From UHGV virus genome UHGV-0076293: a stretch of DNA of 64,000 bases; one strand, given 5' to 3'. Shown here piece by piece: positions 19,417 through 29,201 of the stretch. A model generated the notes under the pieces. That model searched no databases, was not told where the DNA came from, and worked only from the letters and a program-made list of their open reading frames with translations. The DNA is from a virus. Within the stretch, counting starts at the first letter, position 1, and each line of letters opens with the position of its first letter. A program made the position numbers and the translations under genes.

Positions 19417-19465
19417 AAGTACCCTACTCCTTATCGGGAGTAGGGTAGCTTTTATTTTTTCTTAG
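19417..19465 (+). repeat. conserved ~45-nt terminator element, copy 2
   Basis: ccctactcc-ttatcg-ggagtaggg-tagcttttattttttcttag; stop codon of the convergent minus gene lies inside the repeat, as in copy 1. Confidence 0.7.
19422..19461 (+). terminator. intrinsic terminator within repeat copy 2
   Basis: Hairpin + T-tract. Confidence 0.65.
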
Positions 19466-22416
19466 TCTGCGCTGGTATCGTGACGGTTGTAAGCGATAAC
19501 AATATCGTCTTTCAGACCGATGTCACCACTGGCTTCAATATCCAGTTTCTTACCAATCGTTGCACGTGCAGCTTCGGATACTACAGTAAACAGACGCATG
19601 TCTTTGTCTGGCCCCATCGCATCCAACTCAACGCCGATAATCGACGTGTCAAGCGTTTCGCTGAGCTTATTACCAATCTCTGTTGCCGAGATAGTAAGAT
19701 GTGAACCCAAGTAGTCGTTGATAACTTGAGACGTTTTCTTACGAATCTGCGTTAACAGATCGCTGTTGCTACGGTTAGCCGCAGTCAGGTAATAACGAAC
19801 GGTAAACTGGTTTTCAGCCGGTATCGGCGTAACCACCCCGTCTTCGGTACGTGCATCGATATAACCCATCGTGGTGATAGGAACGAAATACCCTTCCGTA
19901 CGTTCTAACAACATCGGTTTTAACGTCGGTAGAACCACGGTCACGTAGTTAACGATATTCTCAATAACTGCGTTCAGATAGGATTTCGCAGACGCTGTGG
20001 TAGCGAATTTATAACGTGCGTCGAAGACCGCCATTTCACTACGGAACTTAATAGAACGAGATTTCGCAATCTTAGGATTACCGTACTCGTCTTTTACTAA
20101 GTCCCCTTCGTGGTGTAGGATAATCTGCTGGCCGGTTTCGTCAAGCTTAGGATCGCCTTTACGGTGTTCGTAAGTGATTTGTAGCGGTGGTGTACGGCCT
20201 GCGTCGTACGTGTAAACCGGAACCCCATTCTCATCACGTTTCACCACGTCAATTTCCCACGTCGCTAACACGTCTTTGTCGTAATACTCGTAGTTGATGC
20301 TGTCAGTAACAGCACGAGCTTTACGCCAATAGTACGTCATTGCTTTACCCAGTTCGATTTTGAATATCTCGTGAGTAATACCGATAGCGTCACGAGAAGG
20401 CGGTGTGATTAACGCATCCATCTCTACACGTTCGTAGTTCCCAGGGTAATAACCTGTACAACCGTAGAACAGGTTAAAATCTGTCAGCAGTGCGACAGGG
20501 GTTTCCGTTGGGTTACTTCCGTTAATACGGGTGTTGGTCAGTACCAGTTCGTCGTTACGGTCAACGTCCAGGTTAGTTTCCAGCAAGAACTCCCAAACAC
20601 GTTCGCTACCCTGCTTACCGACTAACGTACCGTTAATGTACGCCAAGGTGTTATCGGAATTACGAGGACGGAAAGACAGCTGTGCAAAGACTTGGTCATC
20701 AGCCAGTGCCTGGTAAGGTGCTTCTGACTTCGTAACCGTACGCAGCACATAACCCGCTTCCGTTTTCTCGATAGTGTAGTCAGCAGTAACGACGCTGAGC
20801 TCCGTCGAGACGTTGGTCGCAATAAAGCGTTTAGAGTTTAATACCGGTTTATCCAACTGGTAAATACGTACGTCAATCGCTTTGTTGTTAATGTCAACAA
20901 CGTAATGGAACGGTGTAAACAAATAACGGTTAGTGTTTGCTGCGTTAATCAGGTCTTCCTTACGCATGGTCTTCGCTAACACCGTCATTTCGGCATCTAC
21001 AGTTAGACTGGTATCCGTAAAGCGATAGAGTGTGTCAGGAAGAATGGTCAGGCGATTACCGTTGACTTTCACTGTCGGGAGATTAACCAGCTCGTTCCAG
21101 GAGAAATAGAACGGGGCAGTAATCGTCCCTATCGGTGAACTGACGTTAGCAATCGTCGATTCCAACATCGGTGCTGTCATGAAGTACGTACGACTGGTCA
21201 CGTAGTCGTTAGGTTTAGACAACGTGAGACCGTAATCAGAAACCGTAGCCTCAAGCTGCTTTTCTGTCACGGGCAGTTTACGTGCGCCCACGGCGTTGTT
21301 AACAACGCGAGTACGTAAATCACTGAACGAAAGCTGACTACGGCCACCCGATAGCATCTTCCCAGCTTTTGCTGCAAGCTGTTTAATAGAGAACGCTTTA
21401 ATCGGGTTGATATAGTTCGCGTCGTACTCTTCGTTTAAATCGCGTAGGCTGAAACTATACTCGTCGGACGGATACGCAGAGATGTCCAGCTCCAACGGCC
21501 CTAAGGTCGTATAGACGTCCATCCTGATAGTCCCACTGACGAGATTCTTCGCCATGTAAATAGACGGAATCGTACAACGGATATTGCCGTTACCCACCTG
21601 AATCAATGCCGTTGGTGTGTTCGGGTCGTAAACATCGCGACTGTGAGTGTGTTGAATCTCTACCCACTTGTTGCTGCCCGTTGCCTTCATCCAAACACGA
21701 ACATAGAAGAACTTGTTAGTGTAACTACGCGTCATGACAAACGTGTTGCTACCTTCGACGGTGTTACTTTCTTCTTTTACCGCATACTGCATCACTGGAA
21801 TATGGATAGCCAGCAGCTGTGAAGATGTTGTGTTAGCGGACGTTAGTTCCCATTCCAGTGCGTTCGTGGAAACTGGTGAAATCGGTGATTGTGTTTCAGT
21901 AATCCACAGTACCTGGAAAGCCGGGTTCTCGTTCGTTCCGTACGGGAGTACACGGATTTCAATCGGGTACTGGATAGCAAACGTGTAACCAGAAACCGTA
22001 AAGACCGTGTCACGTGGGATAACGACTTTACGAACCCCCGCGATTTGCAACGGATACGCTTTCGAGATTAAGCTGTCAACGTCAATTAACAGTAACAGTT
22101 CTGTAGTAGCAGGCTGCGCAAAGACGTCAACGTAATCCACGTCTGACATGTGTCGGAACAGGTCATCGTAAGTCTGTGCCATTGACGGGAACGTTTTAGG
22201 AATAGATTCCTGGAGTCCCATCAATGTAGCGTGCCCCATCATTGTTCCCATTTCTGCCAAATAAACGACAGGGTCGGTAGGGTCACGGAGATAAATCTGG
22301 CCATCGGCATCTTCAACATCTTGAAGCTGGTTTAGCAGCATTGTCTGCATCGCCGCAGGGTTGTGTGCGAACAGCAGAAGTTTCTTTGCCAAAGTATCGT
22401 AAGTTGTTGAACTCAT
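19462..22416 (-). CDS. large hypothetical protein (984 aa), likely virion/structural
   Basis: Long ORF; coupled to upstream minus gene (ATGA overlap). Confidence 0.55.
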   Translation of the reverse strand: MSSTTYDTLAKKLLLFAHNPAAMQTMLLNQLQDVEDADGQIYLRDPTDPVVYLAEMGTMMGHATLMGLQESIPKTFPSMAQTYDDLFRHMSDVDYVDVFAQPATTELLLLIDVDSLISKAYPLQIAGVRKVVIPRDTVFTVSGYTFAIQYPIEIRVLPYGTNENPAFQVLWITETQSPISPVSTNALEWELTSANTTSSQLLAIHIPVMQYAVKEESNTVEGSNTFVMTRSYTNKFFYVRVWMKATGSNKWVEIQHTHSRDVYDPNTPTALIQVGNGNIRCTIPSIYMAKNLVSGTIRMDVYTTLGPLELDISAYPSDEYSFSLRDLNEEYDANYINPIKAFSIKQLAAKAGKMLSGGRSQLSFSDLRTRVVNNAVGARKLPVTEKQLEATVSDYGLTLSKPNDYVTSRTYFMTAPMLESTIANVSSPIGTITAPFYFSWNELVNLPTVKVNGNRLTILPDTLYRFTDTSLTVDAEMTVLAKTMRKEDLINAANTNRYLFTPFHYVVDINNKAIDVRIYQLDKPVLNSKRFIATNVSTELSVVTADYTIEKTEAGYVLRTVTKSEAPYQALADDQVFAQLSFRPRNSDNTLAYINGTLVGKQGSERVWEFLLETNLDVDRNDELVLTNTRINGSNPTETPVALLTDFNLFYGCTGYYPGNYERVEMDALITPPSRDAIGITHEIFKIELGKAMTYYWRKARAVTDSINYEYYDKDVLATWEIDVVKRDENGVPVYTYDAGRTPPLQITYEHRKGDPKLDETGQQIILHHEGDLVKDEYGNPKIAKSRSIKFRSEMAVFDARYKFATTASAKSYLNAVIENIVNYVTVVLPTLKPMLLERTEGYFVPITTMGYIDARTEDGVVTPIPAENQFTVRYYLTAANRSNSDLLTQIRKKTSQVINDYLGSHLTISATEIGNKLSETLDTSIIGVELDAMGPDKDMRLFTVVSEAARATIGKKLDIEASGDIGLKDDIVIAYNRHDTSAD

Positions 22417-23720
22417 CAGTTAGTACCTGCCTCTGTAACAAGACCATTGACACTGTCAAGTAATCCTGCTTTCTTGAGAATATATTGATAGTCTGCTTGG
22501 TAGACATACCAGGTAAGCTTGCGCCGTACGGAATCGATATGTGGATAACCGTAATAGTTAAATAAAGGCAATAACTGTGGCGCGATAGGAACAAGTTGGC
22601 TGCTGGCCATCGGGATAAAATTCCCTGAAGCGACTGAGCCGGGTTGCGGGAGCATATCAGGGTTAAACATCCCAACAGTTTTATTGAACATCTCCATGTA
22701 AAGCGGATCGTTAAACCGTGCCCCGATTGCTTGCCAGTTGATGTTAATCGTCACGTCGTCGTTTAACTGCGGTTTTGAGTTATCGACGTTCGCCATTTGA
22801 CCCGCGTTATCGTTCATCGGCCAGGCTACACAAATTGTCCAGAAACGGGTAATGTTCCCTAACGCATCGTAGCGTAGACCGTAGATACGTGACTGGTAAT
22901 CAATGCGTCGTTGGATGGAGTTGCGCATCTTCGGACGGAACTTACCCATCTTAACACCCGCCATATACTCCAACCACACGCCCATCATTCTCATTAATGG
23001 GTCACCGTAGGGGTTGTTTAGGGACATTGACACAGAGAACGCGTTGTTGATTTCGTGCGTAGAATCAACCATACCCCATTGTTCACGCATCAGCCCTTCG
23101 CTGGCCATCCAGTTATCGACGGACTGATCGGGTGTTCCGCTTAAACTGATCAGCTGTGTACTGAGTATTGGTATGAACGCTTGTAGATTATCGAATCTTA
23201 CCTGCGGCATAAACGGAGTACCTAAGCGGTTTCTCCGTATCCCCGTTTTGCTCTCAACAGGAGAGTCCGAAAACCCTAGTTCGAAATCAGGGTCGAGAGC
23301 AGCAAGTATCGAATAATCTAAAGAGTCCTTCGGCTGCAATGCCATGTTTGACATTTTACGCGACTTGGCAATGTTGTCGTAGCACAGGTTGAAATCGGGC
23401 CGGGTAATAAATGTTAGACCACCGTATTCTCGGTTGATTGGCGTGGGGTTAGACGCCATCATATGGTTGAACCCCATGTAGGGGTTGGTCAAACGCTGCG
23501 CAGCAAGACCCAAACCTACAGTAAGGCGGATACGATCGTTCCATGCCGTAAGTTCGGTGTTTGCATCGTAAGGTGTTGCCGGATTGTTGTTGCTGAGTCG
23601 GTTATTAAAATACCCGGCAACAGAAGGCACCGCATCTGCGTTATTCGGATTGTGGAGAGAATCGTCGTAATCAGTATTCGGGTCATACCCCGGATCGTTC
23701 TTATCTGTCTCGTCACTCAT
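22416..23720 (-). CDS. hypothetical protein (434 aa), Asn/Pro-rich N-terminus
   Basis: ORF co-oriented and overlapping with 19462-22416. Confidence 0.5.
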   Translation of the reverse strand: MSDETDKNDPGYDPNTDYDDSLHNPNNADAVPSVAGYFNNRLSNNNPATPYDANTELTAWNDRIRLTVGLGLAAQRLTNPYMGFNHMMASNPTPINREYGGLTFITRPDFNLCYDNIAKSRKMSNMALQPKDSLDYSILAALDPDFELGFSDSPVESKTGIRRNRLGTPFMPQVRFDNLQAFIPILSTQLISLSGTPDQSVDNWMASEGLMREQWGMVDSTHEINNAFSVSMSLNNPYGDPLMRMMGVWLEYMAGVKMGKFRPKMRNSIQRRIDYQSRIYGLRYDALGNITRFWTICVAWPMNDNAGQMANVDNSKPQLNDDVTININWQAIGARFNDPLYMEMFNKTVGMFNPDMLPQPGSVASGNFIPMASSQLVPIAPQLLPLFNYYGYPHIDSVRRKLTWYVYQADYQYILKKAGLLDSVNGLVTEAGTN

Positions 23721-23746
23721 CTTTAACTCCGGAGTTCATTAGGAAA

Positions 23747-24853
23747 ATGTTAGAAAAAACGTTTGAGACAAGCGTTGTCTCTTTCCTCTCCAGACTTCCC
23801 ATGCTGTTTCGTTCGCGTGCGGAGTCGACGGAGGAATTTAACTCCGTGCTCTATAACGAGCACATTACCTTAGTCGAACAAAGCCTGCTGGGTTTAGATT
23901 ACCTTCCGGGAATTCTGGAGAAAATCCAAGTTTTGCTGGCAGGAAACCAACTTACCGCAATCTCCCTGTTAACGGGTGTGCCTGACGTTGATATTATCGG
24001 TACGCTGGATCAAGTAAGTACCCGTCGTAGCGCACTCGATAACGCAGTGCGTAGCGGCTCACGCTTAGCAGCACTGGCAGTCGGCGAATCTTCCCGCCTA
24101 GGATTACCATCATACGATAAAATCGGCATTGCTGTGGGCGAATCCACCCGCCGTGTCGCACAGGAATCCAAAGGTTCCGTTACTGGTGGTAAAGCAGACC
24201 CGATTAAACAACTGTTCGATCAGGAAGGACTGTCTAACGGGAAAATGTTCTCTGTAACGTTTGAACGTGACGGTAATAAAGTCGAACTTCCAATGCGTTT
24301 ACGTTTGGACGTTAAGTCTCTTCCGACCGACCAGATTGAAACACTGATTGCATTCAGCGACCAGACGAAAACGTTCTGGGAACGTTGGCTACGTGCGCGT
24401 GTAGGTGCACTGAGCTATGTTAAAGACATTGCGTTCTGTAACGACCTGGTAGAAGAATACCGTAAGAACCGTTATCGCGATAAGTCAGGTTACTATCGTA
24501 AGATGATGGAGAAGAAAAACGGCAACTGGCTGTCTGGCTTGCTGACGCTGGCACCGTCTATTAATAACGCTTCTTCTGTTATGGTGGTTTCTCAAGACAC
24601 TATCGACGGCCTGACTGCCCAGCTAGGCGGTGAGTTTGACGATTTCAATATTCGTCAGCGTGTCTTTAAAGACACCTTAACCGTCTATTACGTGGTAGTG
24701 GACACTGCGTGGAACCGCGTTACTATTTATACTCGTGGTCAGAACGGTTCTCAGGAACTTGATAAATCCGATTTCAGCAAAGCGAAGTCCGGTAGCGCCG
24801 ATGTGAACAAAATCATTGAAGCGTATCGCTCTGGCGCACAGCCAGTTCTTTAA
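23747..24853 (+). CDS. hypothetical protein (368 aa)
   Basis: ORF, AGGAAAA RBS; divergent from 23720 with only 26 nt between start codons. Confidence 0.5.
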   Translation: MLEKTFETSVVSFLSRLPMLFRSRAESTEEFNSVLYNEHITLVEQSLLGLDYLPGILEKIQVLLAGNQLTAISLLTGVPDVDIIGTLDQVSTRRSALDNAVRSGSRLAALAVGESSRLGLPSYDKIGIAVGESTRRVAQESKGSVTGGKADPIKQLFDQEGLSNGKMFSVTFERDGNKVELPMRLRLDVKSLPTDQIETLIAFSDQTKTFWERWLRARVGALSYVKDIAFCNDLVEEYRKNRYRDKSGYYRKMMEKKNGNWLSGLLTLAPSINNASSVMVVSQDTIDGLTAQLGGEFDDFNIRQRVFKDTLTVYYVVVDTAWNRVTIYTRGQNGSQELDKSDFSKAKSGSADVNKIIEAYRSGAQPVL

Positions 24854-24863
24854 GGGGTAAGGC

Positions 24864-25799
24864 ATGGCATTCCCGAATATGCTCGCTATGTTGTTGCCGA
24901 GCTTTGAAGCAACAAACTTGAAAAATCAGCTTTCGTCCAACTGTGATGCAATTGGCGAACAACTTTTACCACGTTTCCAGTCTTTACAAGAACTGGTAGC
25001 GTCGAAAGAAGGCAAACCGTTTAAATCGAAAACGGTACAAGAAATATCCGATGAAGTGGTTAACTACCTGCGGACTTCCGGTCTGGAAGCCAAAGGTCTC
25101 CGCAATCCATCGATGTTAGAGTACATCGTTTCCTCGATGGAAAACGTGTTGCAGTTGCGTTCTTTCTTAGACCAATGTATTGCGCGTGACATTGGTAAAT
25201 CGTTAGTCACGTCTTCAATGACGTTTAATAAATTAACGGTGCTCAGACTGCTTGACCTGATTGATTTCTTCACAGGTTACAGCGCTACGTTACTTAACTA
25301 CGTTACCGCAGAAGAGATTGCCGCTGTCGAAGGCTCGAATATTGAAGTGAAGGGCATCGGTCCGAATGACCTTCAATACCTCAATACTCGTTCGGTCTCT
25401 TACTGCATCGCCATCCGTGTTTTGGCAACGCCGGTAAATAAACTGAAAGCGGATTATGCCGAAATCCCAGAAGCGATTTTCAATGACGAAACTTACGGTG
25501 AGTTGGTTCAGCAGTTCGGTTCGGGCTCGACTGACCCGCTGGGAATGAGCAGTGTACCGTTCCCAATCTCACTGGTACTTCGCGTTCGTTTGAATATTGC
25601 TGAAAGGCAGATGGATAAATACGACGAGTGCGTAGAAGCAGCGAAAGCTGCGGAGTTGCGTATCCTGCTTTACAAAAAGCAATTAGCGGAAGGTAAGGGA
25701 GATGCGCACATCGAAAAACTCATCGAGCTAAGTGAAAAGCATCTGTTGGAACTCAAGCATAAGCGTGAGCGTCTTGAGAAGAAATACGGTTTAGTGTAA
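24864..25799 (+). CDS. hypothetical protein (311 aa)
   Basis: ORF with AAGGGG RBS. Confidence 0.5.
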   Translation: MAFPNMLAMLLPSFEATNLKNQLSSNCDAIGEQLLPRFQSLQELVASKEGKPFKSKTVQEISDEVVNYLRTSGLEAKGLRNPSMLEYIVSSMENVLQLRSFLDQCIARDIGKSLVTSSMTFNKLTVLRLLDLIDFFTGYSATLLNYVTAEEIAAVEGSNIEVKGIGPNDLQYLNTRSVSYCIAIRVLATPVNKLKADYAEIPEAIFNDETYGELVQQFGSGSTDPLGMSSVPFPISLVLRVRLNIAERQMDKYDECVEAAKAAELRILLYKKQLAEGKGDAHIEKLIELSEKHLLELKHKRERLEKKYGLV

Positions 25800-25816
25800 A
25801 CCGTTAGGAGAGCCTC

Positions 25817-26377
25817 ATGTTTGAGCACGATAGTCCCGATTTTAATGTGGCCGTAGAGCGCATTAAAACCTATATGTCGATTTTATCAAAAAACCCAATC
25901 GACACACACGATGACGAGCTTATTCACAAAACGCTGGAAGCGTGTGCGGTTGTATTACCGTACTTTCGTCTGTTAGCTGCTGACTCTGTGCAGCAGGTAT
26001 TATATGACGAATATCCGCAGGTCGGATTTACCTTTAATACGTTTTATAACGAAAGCGTAGCCTTCCTGCTTGATGGTAAACGACGCACCGTGACGTTAGG
26101 ACAGTGGTCCGTATTGCTGTCGTCGTACATGAATGATGTTCGCAATACGAAGAACGTTGAACAGACGGGCTCATTGGGTGCACGTCTTCTTGCTGCTGCG
26201 TTTGGTCGCCGGGGTACTGTACGTAATATGGGTTCCGCTCACCAGTCTGTTGAGTGTAGCAAACGTCTTTTATCTTATGCAGACCATGAACTGCTGGCAC
26301 GCTGGATGACACGCCCGAACGGGTTGTCCGACATGATCTCGTCGTTAGCAGTGTTTTTGAAAATCGCACGTCCCTAA
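25817..26377 (+). CDS. hypothetical protein (186 aa)
   Basis: ORF with AGGAGAG RBS. Confidence 0.5.
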   Translation: MFEHDSPDFNVAVERIKTYMSILSKNPIDTHDDELIHKTLEACAVVLPYFRLLAADSVQQVLYDEYPQVGFTFNTFYNESVAFLLDGKRRTVTLGQWSVLLSSYMNDVRNTKNVEQTGSLGARLLAAAFGRRGTVRNMGSAHQSVECSKRLLSYADHELLARWMTRPNGLSDMISSLAVFLKIARP

Positions 26378-26381
26378 GGGG

Positions 26382-26420
26382 GCCCCTCATTCTAGGGGCG
26401 TGTAATTGGGTTATATAACC
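26382..26420 (+). promoter_or_regulatory. GC stem-loop without U-tract (gcccct-cattct-aggggc) followed by 12-bp perfect palindrome GGTTATATAACC, upstream of abundant paralog 1
   Basis: Inverted repeats read directly; ~17 nt before ATG 26437. Confidence 0.3.
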
Positions 26421-26436
26421 AAAGGAAATAAACGAA

Positions 26437-27708
26437 ATGGCAAATTTCGCAAAAACTCGCGCCGCTCGTGAATCGATGGAAGCGGCCGATGAAGTAATCG
26501 ACGGTATCAGCAACGTTGAACCGGCAGAAGAGAACCTGGACGTCCAGCTTGCAGACGTAGCCTCTATCGACGGTCAGCTCGAACAGCTGGAAACCGACGG
26601 TGAAACCCTGGCTGCCGATACCGAGCGTACTGAAGACGCTATCGAGCAGGCGGAAGAAGCCGTTGCTAACGGTGAAGAAATGCCGGAAGAAGCGGTTGCC
26701 CTGCACGAAGTGGCACAGGAATCCATCGCACGTCGTTGGAACCTGGAACGTACCAAACTGGCTCGTGAATCCTATCGCCGTGGCCGTGGCATGACTGCTG
26801 CTGCGCAGGAAGGCTGGAAAGAAACCCTGAAAGGTCTTTACGAGCGTTTCATTCAGTTCTGTAAAGAAGTAATTGCGAAAATCAAAGACCTGAAGCTGAA
26901 ATATTTCAACGTCGGTAAGACCGCACAGAAACGTGCGAAGAAATATCAGGAAATGATCCGCAAGCTGGGCAAACAAGATAAAGACAACATTTCTGGCGGC
27001 TTTATCACCAAATTGTCCATCGAAGGTAAATTCGATGCTGCTGGCTCTATTGCCATCGCTAAAGAAGTGACCGCAGGTAAAGCGAAAGGTGCTATCAGTG
27101 CACTGGAAAAACAAGCTGGTGAAGCTGTGACTGCTGTTACCAAAGGTGACGATGACGCATTCAAAGCGATGCGTGGCGATCAGCCGGTTGAACTGTTTGG
27201 TAAAGCAGCGTCTAAACTGCATTCTCTGCCGAACTTTGAAAACGGCGACGCGTCTAAACTGCTGGCACTGCCGGGCAACGCTTACGTTCAGGCTGGTACT
27301 AAAGAACTGGCTGGCGGCCACAAGTTCACCGCAATTGCATTCATGAGCACCGGTGACGCTTCTGACGATAAAGAAGTGGCTACTCCGTCTGTTTCAGAAA
27401 TGGCTGGCGCGGCATCTGCTCTGGAAGCGATCGGTAAAGGCTTCGAAGCCGTACTGAAAGATTTCCGTGCTTACGATTCTGAAATCGTGAAACTGCAACA
27501 GGCTGCTGAAAAAGCGTCCAACGCGCTGAACAACGAAAAAGACGAAAGTAAGTGGGAAGGACTGCGTAATGCACGTCAGGCCGCTGATCAGTCTGTGAAG
27601 AACTACCAGACCCTGAACCGTGCCGTTAGCTACGTAGCTAACACCGTTATTAGCGGTCTGAACGGTTACCTGGGTGCTGGTATCGGCGCGTACAAAAAGT
27701 CTAAATAA
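26437..27708 (+). CDS. abundant hypothetical protein, paralog 1 (acidic N-terminal region; possibly a processed virion/inner-body-type protein)
   Basis: 423 aa; first 47 nt identical to paralog 2; C-terminus GLNGYLGAGIGAYKKSK; codon usage appears host-optimised by eye. Confidence 0.6.
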   Translation: MANFAKTRAARESMEAADEVIDGISNVEPAEENLDVQLADVASIDGQLEQLETDGETLAADTERTEDAIEQAEEAVANGEEMPEEAVALHEVAQESIARRWNLERTKLARESYRRGRGMTAAAQEGWKETLKGLYERFIQFCKEVIAKIKDLKLKYFNVGKTAQKRAKKYQEMIRKLGKQDKDNISGGFITKLSIEGKFDAAGSIAIAKEVTAGKAKGAISALEKQAGEAVTAVTKGDDDAFKAMRGDQPVELFGKAASKLHSLPNFENGDASKLLALPGNAYVQAGTKELAGGHKFTAIAFMSTGDASDDKEVATPSVSEMAGAASALEAIGKGFEAVLKDFRAYDSEIVKLQQAAEKASNALNNEKDESKWEGLRNARQAADQSVKNYQTLNRAVSYVANTVISGLNGYLGAGIGAYKKSK

Positions 27709-27746
27709 TTAGACTTACGCTCGTACAGTTCTTGAAATAAATCAAT

Positions 27747-27768
27747 AGGGGAACACGTCGTTCCCCTT
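27747..27768 (+). promoter_or_regulatory. GC stem-loop without U-tract (aggggaac-acgtc-gttcccct) upstream of paralog 2
   Basis: Hairpin read directly; analogous position to stem-loop before paralog 1. Confidence 0.3.
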
Positions 27769-27784
27769 AGAGGAAAAGCTTAAA

Positions 27785-29047
27785 ATGGCAAATTTCGCAA
27801 AAACTCGCGCCGCTCGTGAATCGATGGAAGCTACTGCTACTGTAGTTCCAGACGGCATCGAACTGCCAGCAGAATCTGTTGAAGGTACTCTGGCCGATAT
27901 CGAACATGATACCAAACCGATCGAAGCCCTGGACGCTGACGCTGAACTGCTGGCCGAAGACGGTGACGAAACTGATGCTCAACTGGATGTCCTGGATGAA
28001 GCTCAGGCCGCTGCTGACGGTGAAGGTGCAGGTGAAGACGGCGAAGACCCGATGGATGCCGAAGAAGATATGCCGGACGACGCAGCGACTGCGCTGGACG
28101 TTGCTCAGGAATCTATCCGTTCTCGTTGGAACTTCGAACACCGTTCTTCCGTTGCACACGAATCCTACGGTTCTCGTAACCGTCGCCAGGTTGCTCGTGA
28201 ATCCCTGTGGGAAGACATTAAAGCATTCCTGAAACGTATCTGGGAATGGCTGAAAGAACAAGGCCGTAAGATCAAAGATCGTTGGCTGAAATTCTCCAAC
28301 CAGGGTAAATCCATTCAGGCTCGTTCTAAGAAATACGACGAAGCTATTCGTAAACTGGGCAAACAGAAGAAAGATGAAATCTCTGGTGGCTTCATCAAGT
28401 CTCTGTCTGTCGACGGTAAATTCGTTGGTGACGATCTGCCGCGCCTGAAGAATATCCTGAACCACGTCTCCACCTACTACAGTGGTAACGTTCAGAGCTT
28501 CCTGAACAACGGTACGGATATGGTTGGTAACGTCGTTAAAGGCGATGGCGCTAAAGTTGAGAAACTGAAAGCAGATTTCGCTGCTCTGGCCAAAGAAGAC
28601 GTTAGCAAGTTCAAACTTGGTAACATGGCACTGAAGATGGAATACGACGAAGAAGGCGGATTTAGCTCCAGCTATGTGGAAGCTGAAAACCGTGCTGAAA
28701 CCAACGTGAAAACTCCGTCTGTTAGCGATCTGGCTAAGACCAATGCCTTCTTCAACGAAGTGGGTAAACAGATCGAGAAGAACGTTCTGGAATATCGTAA
28801 GACTGAACAGGCTCGCGAGAAATTCAGCCAGCAGATTGAGAAGCTGCTGAAAGAAATCGACAGCGTGAAGATCGACGAAAAACCGGAACTGACCGAATCT
28901 GTACGTACCGCACGTCGTTACATCAACAGCATTAACCAGGCAGTGTCTCTGGGCGAGAAAGTTATTTCCTCTACTCAGAAACATCTGGCTGGCGGTCTGA
29001 ACGGCTATATCTCCGCAGGTATCGCTGCTTACGAAAAATCTAAATAA
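27785..29047 (+). CDS. abundant hypothetical protein, paralog 2
   Basis: 420 aa; N-terminus MANFAKTRAARESMEA and C-terminus GLNGYISAGIAAYEKSK shared with paralog 1. Confidence 0.6.
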   Translation: MANFAKTRAARESMEATATVVPDGIELPAESVEGTLADIEHDTKPIEALDADAELLAEDGDETDAQLDVLDEAQAAADGEGAGEDGEDPMDAEEDMPDDAATALDVAQESIRSRWNFEHRSSVAHESYGSRNRRQVARESLWEDIKAFLKRIWEWLKEQGRKIKDRWLKFSNQGKSIQARSKKYDEAIRKLGKQKKDEISGGFIKSLSVDGKFVGDDLPRLKNILNHVSTYYSGNVQSFLNNGTDMVGNVVKGDGAKVEKLKADFAALAKEDVSKFKLGNMALKMEYDEEGGFSSSYVEAENRAETNVKTPSVSDLAKTNAFFNEVGKQIEKNVLEYRKTEQAREKFSQQIEKLLKEIDSVKIDEKPELTESVRTARRYINSINQAVSLGEKVISSTQKHLAGGLNGYISAGIAAYEKSK

Positions 29048-29065
29048 TCTCTGATTGTTTAGTAA

Positions 29066-29112
29066 GAGAACCACCCTGTAATGGGGTGGTTCTCCCTTTT
29101 CTTTTTTTTTTC
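29066..29112 (+). terminator. strong intrinsic terminator (gagaaccaccc-loop-gggtggttctc + T-run)
   Basis: 11-bp stem + >12 T. Confidence 0.75.
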
Positions 29113-29125
29113 GATTAAAAATAAA

Positions 29126-29166
29126 CTCAGATATATATTACCTTAGTGAGATTACGCTGTAATCTT
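29126..29166 (+). promoter_or_regulatory. conserved promoter-like element TCAGATATATATTACCTTAGTGAG (copy 1) followed by inverted repeat GATTAC-gctg-GTAATC
   Basis: Near-identical element at 37380-37404; contains TATATTAC; ~50 nt upstream of ATG 29202. Confidence 0.45.
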
Positions 29167-29201
29167 TTAACGACCTGTTTATTACGTTTAGGAGAATTAT
29201 C

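Noticed and set aside
26392-29074. Minus-strand ORFs of 309 aa and 435 aa antisense to the tandem paralogs
   Set aside because: Same reasoning: antisense to highly biased genes, Phe/Val/Gln-rich nonsense composition, no start context
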